DNA from: an uncultured virus (IMG/VR IMGVR_UViG_3300022939_000006)
Taxonomy: Duplodnaviria; Heunggongvirae; Uroviricota; Caudoviricetes
Direction: 5' to 3' (one strand)
DNA length: 64,000 nt
IMG/VR virus record: IMGVR_UViG_3300022939_000006
Below, one piece after another: positions 31,201-39,242 of this stretch (positions are counted from its first letter, which is position 1; each line of letters starts with the position of its first letter). The notes beneath the pieces are model-generated. The model had not been told where the DNA came from and did not search any database. It was given only the letters and a program-made list of their open reading frames with translations. Position numbers and translations under genes: made by a program.

Positions 31201-32655
31201 ACAAAACTTTCAGCAGACATCGATGATGCAGTTACAACAATACCTGTAGAAAGTGTAGAGTTTTTACCAGAAGCAGGCACTGTATACATTGACAATGAAC
31301 TTGTAGCATATACAGGTTTAGATACAGCTAATAATACGTTGACCGGTTGTACTAGGTCAGCTAACCTAACAAACTTCCAATCAGGCGCACAACGTACATA
31401 TACAGCTGGAGCGGCAATTAGCCATACTGAGAGAACTGGAGTTGTACTTGTAAGTAATACAACAACACCTCTTATTTCACACTGGGGTTCAGCATTTATA
31501 ACAGACGGTGGGTTTGATGAAGATCGTGGATATATTTTCAGTTACACAGAAACAAACATAACCGTAACAAATTCTAGACAAACAGCGTTTATGATTAGAC
31601 TAGCACCTAGTGTGTCAAATGCTATTCCAGGCGATCTGGGAGATAGAGAATTACTTAACAGAGCTCAACTATTACTACAGAGTTTGGAAATAACTACGGA
31701 TCAACCAACTGCGTCAGACCCAGGAACGATTGTTGTTGAAGGAATTCTAAATCCTCAAAACTATCCTGTCAACCCTAATCTAATTAGTTGGTCAGGCCTA
31801 AGTACACTTGCACAAGGTGGTCAACCTAGCTTTGCCCAAGTAGCATCAGGTACTGGTATTACTTGGACTACTGGTGCTTCAACAACTACAGCTAACCTTA
31901 CTGCACAGGCAACTATTCAAGCTGTATTAGATTCAGGTCAAAACAGATCGAACAATGGTAATAGTTTTATATGGGTAAGTGCTGTTGATTATAGAACAAC
32001 TTTTGGTACAAATTTGTTAGACATTGTTACAGGTAAAACAATTATTGGAAACAATATTCCAAACGGTGCCTATATAACTGGTGGATATATTAGTCCATCT
32101 AGTAACTATGGCTATTTCTTTATATCACAAAATATTACAGGAAATATTCAAAGAAATGTAAGCAATGCCTACACAATCCAATCACACAGTGATTTAAATA
32201 ATGCTCCAAATGCATTTATTACAAAAGCAAGCTGGGAAGCAAGCGGCGGCACAAATGGCACAGCAGTAAGTAGCACCAGCTCAAATCCAAGTTGGCCTGC
32301 TGGTACAGTTATAAACAAAATTTCATTGGAAGATTTTGCAGGTACAGAATACTATCAAATTGAATTTAACCAAGCGGCTCAAGGAACACTACAACAAGGT
32401 AGTGGCACAATTACACTAGAATTTAGTGCTCCTGCATACGGACAACCAGGTGAAACTGTGCTTTCATTTATATCTCAACCAGGAGAAAGAGCAACTTTAA
32501 GTCTTGCAGAATTGAAAGAACTTACGAATACTACACTTGGAGGTAGAGGTACATTCCCGAATGGACCAGACGTTCTTGCAATCAACATTTATAAAACATC
32601 TGGTGCAGACATAGGCGCTAACTTAATTCTAAGATGGGGTGAAGCTCAAGCGTAA
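25243..32655 (+). CDS. Giant (2470 aa) virion structural/fibre protein
   Basis: Thr/Gly-rich. Contains a YNQSKCERD helical repeat, eight LGG.(T/S)P.ND.x.I repeats and a DADFEYGLQPTKW block. Confidence 0.75.
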   Translation: MAKRKINNYKFKPGIGYTENLYPNGYALLNNNKSFLVAETSAFILNRITDADTYALELVDIINGIKFDMFFGNAAQRLYGEVESRKPDTTKLLRQRTLDRIKTSLSALSNVTGTFQTNIETTITNINSISDGGTSPTLNITDPAGITVNLGYAKTRITNNRAFLIEEVKAYIDTDTPGNAITTDTNFSTDIGLLIDCVQFDLVHQSNILSNAIATYIFVNTPSANRTLLGEGLSRLGVVIKQVIEGDTVTVSEGNSLTQNGTGVNASTAEGNYAQARVDDVQVVTSNGTVASLPGDVAPDITGESAGGQAAATDIDNNLATIIATDNAFKDYTYNQSKCERDVNFILSAYLFDLRYGGNSKTYDYAGKYWEGTVAQVDGTRYPELDTHAWIKFVIKEYIWDKQAYPAEQTGTVQTVSGDDAESALDNRIDTLNSIVLDVIAGGLTALPTFEDTGAGYVKFIGNYDSSDILLITDTVENKVIYSFNDANTGGVTELTTFTSSNGVVYETDPDFPAFLDTADAITKVFFNTSTSTSLSTNKLQIFVDNDELVIRPYEFGTDAIERNRTAEPLSMLDADFEYGLQPTKWSAIATMRGYPSVYEVPGTETDVSQVITDASSGTNDVGSSLITVTTLGAHGLVEGDAITLKGLNPQTFGYSRAEGAFIITTVPNSISFTFYAKAKVGTTDGDSLQSESTQLRKAGFYTGADIGVPTFSVTSQGSNGVVAPALIVPSGEDVIPFTVVSGGAPETGAPVTADTGIPLGTQITGRVGTGGVVTTPVVTADFNEGETAITVQDTAGVVQNLAADRGDGQAMLVNTVVGNTINFNTGITSDFSGNLVTYTAIEGTNVVSLGFGATFDISRSGGTYTIQAIANSGQNYEVDDVLEIQGEFLGGITPTNDAQITVDSVDTGGEILTATISGSAFNGTGNFANITGNYNHGNGQGGIFDITYTNNVFTATLSDPVYNNVTGTSTGGAGTGAIFNITQTNNVYSVTVDPQTIGVTGYAINDIIKIAGTELGGSTPNNDAQISVTSVDSEGYPTGVNIAGVAANAQNTYTGVTYSTNNSGIGAQINVNTNGTGYSATFSQQGTGFAASDTITVLGSQLGGVDGVNDLTITINTVDTGGEILTYTESGTAVNTSSFSNITNHTNLIGSGASFNVTVNNLAETYSVVIDQGGSDYGPNQTIVIPGDQLGGASPANDLTLTITDVDNDSTLVAGPILTVSTSGTSLKATTNYTVEDRLKIPGTQFSGGVDGTNDCIIRVTGVDSDGGITTFTVSGTAPDGNVTYPALAGTTTGSGTAGAFDVTRTGTTYTVGVSNGGANYAALDTVTIVGTDLGGTSPANDATITIDTVDGSGAVLTASIAGTAANVGSADNQSGTALIGNGATFNVALSGGAYTTTVAQGGQEYFAGQTFTVPGNQLAGATPTNDLTITISTVGATGDITAVTDSGSASTDVASFANVVANVAGSTGNGASFDVVRDGTNAASSVGTYTVSLNASGGNYAPGNKIRLDGGNLGGTTSVNDILLTVQTVDSAGAVLTYTYSGAAYAGDDLSLYSTFTIDTQTDAQLQTTLQISFSALATLLITFTTAHGLVPGDTFITTVGSDDGSNNHNLGAGSFLITSVPSATTLTYTARAAGSIDTSNDEITGTVYPRPDSFFVHRPFDGGVQLGTGGPQHGAQAIRQSKKYIRYQSGKGIMYTTGALFAPSYDLRSCTSDGVEVGSTITITCDDNDHGLQIGAKVQLIGIETVGYNGTYTVNDIISERTFEVSAVNRLGDTTAVLSFGAQVSTYQWHGATVRSGVFDDQNGIYWEYDGTNLLACQRTATKQVSGTGTINPDENTVNGTNTRFRDQLKAGDRVVIRGMTHVVTSVVDQTTMTVSPDYRGVNTATGTKICLISDKKVRQRDFNIDAMDGNGPSGYNFVASKMQMIGIEYSWYGAGFIDYMVRGADGNFVYAHRIRNSNVNTEAYMRSGNLPVRYEITNEGQNTKLSADIDDAVTTIPVESVEFLPEAGTVYIDNELVAYTGLDTANNTLTGCTRSANLTNFQSGAQRTYTAGAAISHTERTGVVLVSNTTTPLISHWGSAFITDGGFDEDRGYIFSYTETNITVTNSRQTAFMIRLAPSVSNAIPGDLGDRELLNRAQLLLQSLEITTDQPTASDPGTIVVEGILNPQNYPVNPNLISWSGLSTLAQGGQPSFAQVASGTGITWTTGASTTTANLTAQATIQAVLDSGQNRSNNGNSFIWVSAVDYRTTFGTNLLDIVTGKTIIGNNIPNGAYITGGYISPSSNYGYFFISQNITGNIQRNVSNAYTIQSHSDLNNAPNAFITKASWEASGGTNGTAVSSTSSNPSWPAGTVINKISLEDFAGTEYYQIEFNQAAQGTLQQGSGTITLEFSAPAYGQPGETVLSFISQPGERATLSLAELKELTNTTLGGRGTFPNGPDVLAINIYKTSGADIGANLILRWGEAQA
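27800..29890 (+). repeat. Eight imperfect beta-rich coding repeats (G.xLGG.xP.NDxTI)
   Basis: Copies near 27901, 28279, 28540, 28804, 28972, 29236, 29491 and 29776. Confidence 0.8.
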
Positions 32656-33173
32656 ATGTTATAATTTACAATACATCTAGGCTTGTCTGTAGGATATCCA
32701 CCTGCATGTAAAGTATTACCGTCAAACAATACTATACGTCCTTTTTTAGGTGACACACGTTCTATGATTTTTTCATTTTCAAAAAATACAGTGTCTCCGT
32801 CGCTGTCGTTTAGATAGTAAATTAAGCCTAAATGCTCTTCTGGACGATCTGTATGCGGAGCATAATGTTCCAAACTAGTTTTGTGTGGCACAGTTATAAA
32901 AAGTCTAGCCGCAATAATATCAATTAAATTTATATCTAAATTTGCACACACAATTTGTGGTACTTTACTAAAGTTACCATAATGTTCTGTAAGTTTTGTA
33001 CTGCTTTTTAAAACATGTTCAAAACTGACAGGTAAAATATTTCCGTCATACGCAGTTGGTTCATACTTACATACTAGTGGTAACATAGCATTAACATTAT
33101 TATTACCAAATACAAGTGTATGGTAATAGTCCTGTAAATCTAAAGGAATAATATCGTCTTTAATTACTATCAT
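32646..33173 (-). CDS. 2OG-Fe(II) oxygenase superfamily protein
   Basis: PHTD...IYYLNDSDGDT.FF...PKKGRIVLFDG...HAG...R.IVN: HxD...H facial triad plus Arg. Confidence 0.8.
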   Translation of the reverse strand: MIVIKDDIIPLDLQDYYHTLVFGNNNVNAMLPLVCKYEPTAYDGNILPVSFEHVLKSSTKLTEHYGNFSKVPQIVCANLDINLIDIIAARLFITVPHKTSLEHYAPHTDRPEEHLGLIYYLNDSDGDTVFFENEKIIERVSPKKGRIVLFDGNTLHAGGYPTDKPRCIVNYNIYA

Positions 33174-33795
33174 CTAAGCTATCCACAAACGCGGCTAGAT
33201 TGTCAAACACTTTTGTTGCTTTTCTAATATTTTTATATGTAAATCTTTTTTTAATTAATTGTTCAGTTTCTTTACCATGTCCTGTACGTACAAGTATAGG
33301 TTTAGCACCCATTTTTAGAGCGGCCTTTAAATCTCTAATTCTGTCACCTACATAATAACCCTTAGAAAATTTTACATGAGGTACTTCTTTTTCGCAACGC
33401 TTGAACATACCAGTGTTTGGTTTAGCATACATATCATTTTTTGCGCTACTTGCACTATAATACAACCCATCTATACTAGGACATCCTGCTTTGCCTAGTT
33501 CTTCAAACATATAAGTGTGTAATTTATCTACATCTTCTTGTGTGTATAATCCTTTTTCTATACCACCTTGATTTGTAATGATTACAATTTTATGACCAAG
33601 TTTACGCAATTTTACAATAGCATCTAAACTTCCATCTTCAAATTTCCAGTCATCTTTTTTGTATACATAGTCTCCTATGTCTACATTTATAACTCCGTCT
33701 CTATCTAAACCAACTACACATTTTGGTGCAATATAGTCTGGTTTATAAAAATCGATGTCAACGTCATCACTCCATACTATCTTGGGATTGTTCAT
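33160..33795 (-). CDS. gmhB: D,D-heptose 1,7-bisphosphate phosphatase (HAD class III)
   Basis: LDRDGVIN, ITNQGGI, KPNTGM, VGDRIRD, LVRTGHG. Co-operonic with hldD and hldE. Confidence 0.85.
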   Translation of the reverse strand: MNNPKIVWSDDVDIDFYKPDYIAPKCVVGLDRDGVINVDIGDYVYKKDDWKFEDGSLDAIVKLRKLGHKIVIITNQGGIEKGLYTQEDVDKLHTYMFEELGKAGCPSIDGLYYSASSAKNDMYAKPNTGMFKRCEKEVPHVKFSKGYYVGDRIRDLKAALKMGAKPILVRTGHGKETEQLIKKRFTYKNIRKATKVFDNLAAFVDSLDDSN

Positions 33796-34192
33796 CTTGT
33801 ATTTCTTTCAATTTTGCAGTTATTTCTCCTTGACTATCGCCAGGAATAATTCTATAGTTATCTTCTACACTATCAGCTGTACTTACTTCTGTAATACTAC
33901 TTCCATCTTCTAGAGCTTCTAGTTGATGTGGTAATAGTGGAGGATTATGCCATGTGCTACCTGTAGTTAAAGTTTGACTAAACAATGTAGCAGTTTTTGT
34001 ATCAATCCATCTCAATAAAAAACTACCGTTATTAACAAACCAAGTTTCGTCTTTTTCTCTGTGGAAATGCATACTAAATTTGTTTCCTTTTTTAGTAAAA
34101 ACTAACATTTTACCACAGTATTTGTCATTGCTTGCCCAAATTACTTCATAACCCCAACCTTTTTCTACTTTACCATTTAATCTATCTGTCAT
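33767..34192 (-). CDS. Cupin-fold sugar isomerase-like protein
   Basis: VEKGWGYE...FSMHFH.EKDETW...PHQL.ALE...EVST...DNYR resembles the type II PMI-like cupin. Confidence 0.7.
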   Translation of the reverse strand: MTDRLNGKVEKGWGYEVIWASNDKYCGKMLVFTKKGNKFSMHFHREKDETWFVNNGSFLLRWIDTKTATLFSQTLTTGSTWHNPPLLPHQLEALEDGSSITEVSTADSVEDNYRIIPGDSQGEITAKLKEIQDEQSQDSME

Positions 34193-35015
34193 TTATCCAT
34201 TCCTTTGTTGTAGTGAATTTAAATTCACCAATAGTTTTTAGTAACTTGTCATTATTACTACACGTATAATTTTGATATTGATTTTTTAATATATCAGGCA
34301 TTGGTATTGGGTTTATCTTTGCATCATATTTCTCTGCAATATCTTCTGCAATACTTTGAAAACTTGTTGCTACACCAGTACCACAATTCCATATACCACT
34401 TTCGTCAATATCTAATAATTTTTCTACAATTTTACAAACATCACCAACATATATAAAATCTCTTTTGTAGTTTGCACTATTTTCAAAAGGTTGTACAATA
34501 CCTTTAGTTTGAGCTTGTTCAGTAAATTTATGAAATACACTCATTTGATTGCCTTTGTGTTCTTCATGCTCTCCATAAACATTGAAGAAACGTAGTCCTT
34601 GTATTTTACATTTATATTGTTCCCAATCTAACAGCGTTATACTTCGGTCAAATAAGTATTTGCTCCATGCATAAGGGCTTTGTGGTTGTAAAGGCCCATC
34701 TTCTGTAAAATGCTGTGTATCTCCATATACGCTGGCACTAGATGCATACAGAAAATCAACACCCTGCATGTCACAAACTTGTAATAATCTATGACTAAAA
34801 TCTAAGTTGTATTGTAATATTTTTTCAACATCTCTTTCTGTTGTGCTACTAATTGCACCCATGTGTATAACTTTATCAAATTGACTACAATCTGGCACTA
34901 CATTCAATGTAGGTTCATTGTATTCAGCAATGCCGTGTCCTTTAGACATAAGGTAATTTTTTAAATTTTTACCAATAAAACCTGCGGCACCAGTAATTAA
35001 AATTTTATAACTCAT
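34182..35015 (-). CDS. hldD: ADP-L-glycero-D-manno-heptose 6-epimerase
   Basis: ITGAAGFIG, HMGAISSTTE, YASSASVYG, Y..SK, RFFNVYGEHEEHKG.Q.SV, RDFIYV.D, YQNYT. Confidence 0.88.
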   Translation of the reverse strand: MSYKILITGAAGFIGKNLKNYLMSKGHGIAEYNEPTLNVVPDCSQFDKVIHMGAISSTTERDVEKILQYNLDFSHRLLQVCDMQGVDFLYASSASVYGDTQHFTEDGPLQPQSPYAWSKYLFDRSITLLDWEQYKCKIQGLRFFNVYGEHEEHKGNQMSVFHKFTEQAQTKGIVQPFENSANYKRDFIYVGDVCKIVEKLLDIDESGIWNCGTGVATSFQSIAEDIAEKYDAKINPIPMPDILKNQYQNYTCSNNDKLLKTIGEFKFTTTKEWINDR

Positions 35016-36150
35016 TTATTTTCTCTAATGTTGCTGTTGTAGAAAATCCTTTTACTGTAGGAACAATATGCACTGGTGCTAAATCGTGCCCTACAATTTC
35101 TTCTACAGTGTAATCTCCGCCTTTAACTATAAGATCAGGCTTTAATTTTTTTATTAATTCATATGGAGTATCTTCAGTAAATGTATGCACTTCGTCGATC
35201 CATGGTAGTACTTCTAGTTGTGCTACTCTTGTTGCAACATCGTTAATAGGACGATCACTTCCTTTAAGTCGTTTCACACTACCGTCACTGTTTACTCCTA
35301 CTATAAGTTTATCACCTAAACTTCTAGCTTCTTTTAGTAATGTTAAATGTCCTTTATGCAAAACATCAAAACAACCATTTGTGAATACAACACGCTTTTG
35401 TAGATCTTTTTCAGTTAAAATATACGTGCCTAAATGTTTTACACTTTCAGAAGAACCTCGTATAGCAAGTTCTAAACATTTTTTATAATCGTACTCTTTA
35501 GTAAGAGCATACACAAATCCTGCTATAAAACAATCACCTGCGCCTGTTACATCAGATACTTCAACTGTTTCTACAGACATATCATATTCTTTGTCTTCTA
35601 TTTTTGCAATAACATTATTACCTGCATCTGTAGTAATGATATTGCCTTTCCACTCATCAAATTCAAAATTAGTAAATTCATTATAATTAGGTTTTACTAA
35701 CCAAGCTCCTTCGTAATCATGAGCGTAACGTTTTGGATCTACAATTATTTTACAATTAAATTTGTTAATATGTTTTATAATTTTTTTGGAATTATCTAAT
35801 ACACCTTTATCATAGTCACTTAAAACTACAATATCGTAACTAGAAAAATCTGATTGTTTTATTTGCTCTAATACAGCACCCGAATCTGCATCTTTGTCAT
35901 CATCTATACGTGTGATGTAATGCCCGTCACAAATTACTCTAGTCTTAACACTGTTATGTCCTTGGTAATTAAATAGATCTACATTAACACCTAAACTTTT
36001 CAAGTTCTCGTATACTAATCCTGCACCACCAATAGTTTCTACAATTCTTTCTTGTGATACAACAGGCACTGGTGCTTCTGGACTCAAACGTGTGCTTGTT
36101 CCATATATGTATTTGTCTATTATTATATCACCAATTACTAAAACTTTCAT
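35005..36150 (-). CDS. hldE: Bifunctional heptose-7-P kinase / heptose-1-P adenylyltransferase
   Basis: RLSPEAPVPV, LSDYDKG, VDPK and DVTGAGD (PfkB) fused to FTNGCFDVLHKGH, NSD.SVKRLKG..RP and VKGGDY. Confidence 0.92.
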   Translation of the reverse strand: MKVLVIGDIIIDKYIYGTSTRLSPEAPVPVVSQERIVETIGGAGLVYENLKSLGVNVDLFNYQGHNSVKTRVICDGHYITRIDDDKDADSGAVLEQIKQSDFSSYDIVVLSDYDKGVLDNSKKIIKHINKFNCKIIVDPKRYAHDYEGAWLVKPNYNEFTNFEFDEWKGNIITTDAGNNVIAKIEDKEYDMSVETVEVSDVTGAGDCFIAGFVYALTKEYDYKKCLELAIRGSSESVKHLGTYILTEKDLQKRVVFTNGCFDVLHKGHLTLLKEARSLGDKLIVGVNSDGSVKRLKGSDRPINDVATRVAQLEVLPWIDEVHTFTEDTPYELIKKLKPDLIVKGGDYTVEEIVGHDLAPVHIVPTVKGFSTTATLEKINEL

Positions 36151-36155
36151 AACTT

Positions 36156-36184
36156 ATTATACTACATTTAAGAAAGTAAATCAA
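36156..36184 (-). promoter_or_regulatory. Sigma70-type promoter (TTGATT-17-TATAAT) driving a near-leaderless hldE operon
   Basis: -35 at 36184-36179, -10 at 36161-36156, ATG 5 nt downstream. Confidence 0.75.
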
Positions 36185-36602
36185 GCACTTTTGTTAAAGT
36201 TTCTAACTTATTTTGATTAACTTTACTATTCAATGTATTCCGTAATCCTTGGTGTAATGGTTTAGGCCAACTTCCGCTTTTTACCCAAGCATAGCCGTCG
36301 TGTTCATCATTTAATATTGGAATAAACTCATTATCTATAACACACAAATATGTGTGAAAGAAGAATTTTTGATCAGTTGATATAAATGTTTCTAATGGAA
36401 TTGTTTTTTTAATATCAGGGATCTGTCCAATTTCTTCTTTTATTTCACGTTTTAGTGCCTCCCAAGGAGTTTCGCTATTTTCGTTAGTACCGCCTACTAA
36501 TCCCCAAACATTTTTTTGCTTAGTATTTGTCCTACGAAGTAATAGATATCTCTTTGTGGATAGAGAATAAAACAGAGTTCCACTGCAAATAATCTTGTTC
36601 AT
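36168..36602 (-). CDS. Nudix hydrolase
   Basis: Nudix box WGLVGGTNENSETPWEALKREIKEEIG, plus LNDEHDGYAW. Confidence 0.85.
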   Translation of the reverse strand: MNKIICSGTLFYSLSTKRYLLLRRTNTKQKNVWGLVGGTNENSETPWEALKREIKEEIGQIPDIKKTIPLETFISTDQKFFFHTYLCVIDNEFIPILNDEHDGYAWVKSGSWPKPLHQGLRNTLNSKVNQNKLETLTKVLDLLS

Positions 36603-36610
36603 GTAATTAA

Positions 36611-38041
36611 TTAGCCGTTAAGACTTATGCGCCAAGTGCCTCTTGGATACAGACCTTCTACACTTAGTAGCCATTCTTCGCTATTCCAACGATATTGTAC
36701 ACCAGTATTAAGATTTGTAGTGTATGTAACATCTGTTGTTTCGCTTGCATCAAATACTATTTGCCATTCAGTACCAGTCCACTCTATAATATCATTTTTA
36801 TCAGCTAAGAAATCAGTGCCGTTACCATTTTTCCAAGCATCTGGACCATCTGTATTACTTGCATCTCCTATGCTATCTAACAATAATATCCTTGCACCAA
36901 TACCTTTCATATTAGTAGGTGGTGTTTTTGTAGGATCTACAATGTAATCAATTGACGTCCATTGTGCATTTTGTCTTGCAGGACCTTCGATAATTGAATT
37001 ACTAGGAAATGTATCTATATCCCAATTTATAACCATTTCTGTTTCATCGTTTGGATTAATACTTATTGTACCTGTAACTTCTTGTGATTCATCTAATTTT
37101 CTAATATAAACTCTACTAATATCATCTTGGTATTGTCCAGGATATGATTCTAGAATTTGACGCCAATTTGATTCGCCAACTCTTCCATTTTTAACAAGTT
37201 GAATTATATTACCAGTTACATACAATCCAAATCCTTGATAAGTGGATGCAATAACTTCTGCATCTGTACCTAATGTACCTATTTCAGCAGGATTACCTGT
37301 TGCACCTGGCACTATAGAATCATCGTATCTGTTTAATTCTGGCATACTTAAACTTAAATCAATCGTTCCTGTTTTTTCATCAAATATACTTGTAATTATA
37401 TTTGTGATAACACCTAAGCGTTTTACTTTTACTGGAGGTGAAATGTAAATTGGTGTACTGAAATCTAATTTTCCTACATCTATCTCACTGTCAACCCCTA
37501 CAGGTATACTCCTTGTACTAAAAGTTATACCTTCCATGTTAACTACACTTAAACTTGTCCAGTCAATATAGTTATCTGTGGTTTGTATTTCTAAACTAGG
37601 ATTAAACAGCATAAGTATCTGTTCCATTATTTGTAATTTTTGATCCGTGTTTGTTGCCCATATGTCTACACTCATACGTAATGTGTATGGACTTGGTTGA
37701 AGTCTTTCTACTGTATAATTTTTACCTTGATAATTAAGATATTCATTATTGTTCTCGTCATATGCACGTTCTCTTATATTAACTTTATTGATATAACTTG
37801 AATCAGCAGTTCTAGTTCTGTCCATTTCTAAACCTGTAATATAAACAGCTATTCTAGGAGCAGTGGGTATTTTGTTTTCACTATTATCTCTAATAATGTT
37901 TGCAACTTGTCTTGTAAGATCTCCGTACATAACCGGTACTTGTTTTAGTGTACCACTACCATCTTTAACAGAGAAATTACTAAACAATCTCACCATTTGT
38001 GTTACATAACGTCTTATTTGTGCATCGTAAAAATGTTGCAT
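36611..38041 (-). CDS. gp15: Tail sheath stabiliser/terminator with C-terminal extension
   Basis: HFYD.QIRRY...VPVMYG...PSPY.L...QKLQIMEQIL.LFNP. Adjacent to the neck genes. Confidence 0.7.
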   Translation of the reverse strand: MQHFYDAQIRRYVTQMVRLFSNFSVKDGSGTLKQVPVMYGDLTRQVANIIRDNSENKIPTAPRIAVYITGLEMDRTRTADSSYINKVNIRERAYDENNNEYLNYQGKNYTVERLQPSPYTLRMSVDIWATNTDQKLQIMEQILMLFNPSLEIQTTDNYIDWTSLSVVNMEGITFSTRSIPVGVDSEIDVGKLDFSTPIYISPPVKVKRLGVITNIITSIFDEKTGTIDLSLSMPELNRYDDSIVPGATGNPAEIGTLGTDAEVIASTYQGFGLYVTGNIIQLVKNGRVGESNWRQILESYPGQYQDDISRVYIRKLDESQEVTGTISINPNDETEMVINWDIDTFPSNSIIEGPARQNAQWTSIDYIVDPTKTPPTNMKGIGARILLLDSIGDASNTDGPDAWKNGNGTDFLADKNDIIEWTGTEWQIVFDASETTDVTYTTNLNTGVQYRWNSEEWLLSVEGLYPRGTWRISLNG

Positions 38042-39198
38042 TAATTATCTGCCTTAGGTCTAAGTGCTTTTGATAAGCTCTGTCTTTCTTGGACTTGTTC
38101 ACCACCAATTGTACTTGTTTTTGTATTGTTAACAAAGGTACCTTTTTGTGTATCTTTTGTATCTGTGTTTGTTAAATCTGTCCTTACACCGTCTTGTAAT
38201 TTCATCCATCTATTATTTGTATATTTAAACAATCTTTTTGGCATAAAATCTGTCCTTAAGAAGTAATCACCTTCTAATGGCTGATTAGGAAATTGAATTC
38301 CCATGCCGTAAGGTGCTCCGTTTGGCGCATCTTCAACGCCTAACAAGTATCCTTTATATCCATGTCTATCAGGTCTATCAGCTATTTCGTCTGTAGTTGT
38401 GTTTATTCCACTAGCGTCTATATCAGTTTCATCAGCAGTTTGTAAAGCAACAGAACCATCATCATTCGTACTAAGTGTGTAAAAGTTTGTAATGTCATAT
38501 CCAGATTTACTTGCATCAGCTTCAGCTTGTTCTATTACTGCATTGTTAATTTGCATTTCTTTTTCATAAGTTGAAAGCAGATCTCTAAGTGTATTATCCG
38601 AACCTTCTTCTGCAGGTAAATCAAGTATTTCTTTGAATTCTTGTGAATCAACAATTTGTTTTAATTTCATTCTATACAAATGTGGATACCAAGTTGGTGA
38701 AAATCCTTCAGCCGCTCTGTTAACATCTTCAACAACATAAAATCTTTTAAGAGCAAACGAATAGTCATTTAGTGCATATTCGTCTTTTAAATGAGGTAGT
38801 TCTATTACATCACCGCTCATAATTTTTCTACCAAGAGTCTTTACACTACTGTTAATATGAACAGTCATAAACAGTGTATCATTTTGCAAAAATAATCCAA
38901 ATTGACTAAGGTCAAAATCTATGTCATTTACATTGTATATTGCTCTCATTGTATAGATGTCTGGATCGTATTTTCTATCTCTATTTTCTAAAAACAACAT
39001 ATCTTGTATATTAGTTTCTTTTACTGCATCATATCTAGGCTGATCAGCAGTAGCATTAGCTTCATCAGGATTTGAAGGTCCTAAATACTTATGGACATGT
39101 ATATCTGTACCGCCTACGGTAAACATTTCAAGGATTTGCTTGTCTAAAAAGTTGTAATCCTTGCCTTTTTCTGGTTTATATAAAGATAGTCTTGGCAT
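38041..39198 (-). CDS. gp14: Neck/head-closure protein
   Basis: LSQFGLFL.ND..F.T...GDVIELPH...VVEDV resembles gp14. Lies between gp15 and gp13. Start MPRLS chosen from promoter spacing. Confidence 0.6.
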   Translation of the reverse strand: MPRLSLYKPEKGKDYNFLDKQILEMFTVGGTDIHVHKYLGPSNPDEANATADQPRYDAVKETNIQDMLFLENRDRKYDPDIYTMRAIYNVNDIDFDLSQFGLFLQNDTLFMTVHINSSVKTLGRKIMSGDVIELPHLKDEYALNDYSFALKRFYVVEDVNRAAEGFSPTWYPHLYRMKLKQIVDSQEFKEILDLPAEEGSDNTLRDLLSTYEKEMQINNAVIEQAEADASKSGYDITNFYTLSTNDDGSVALQTADETDIDASGINTTTDEIADRPDRHGYKGYLLGVEDAPNGAPYGMGIQFPNQPLEGDYFLRTDFMPKRLFKYTNNRWMKLQDGVRTDLTNTDTKDTQKGTFVNNTKTSTIGGEQVQERQSLSKALRPKADN

Positions 39199-39203
39199 AT
39201 ACA

Positions 39204-39224
39204 TATTTATCGTAACGATAAATA
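39204..39224. promoter_or_regulatory. Back-to-back divergent late promoters forming a perfect palindrome
   Basis: TATTTATCG-TAA-CGATAAATA, giving CGATAAATA on both strands between the divergent neck genes. Confidence 0.75.
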
Positions 39225-39242
39225 CTAGTGGAGAAAGTTCTT

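Noticed and set aside
32646..36150. Bacterial chromosomal LPS locus or prophage boundary
   Set aside because: The operon is flanked by and overlaps phage genes, shares the GCWGC avoidance and composition, and no integrase or att site was seen.
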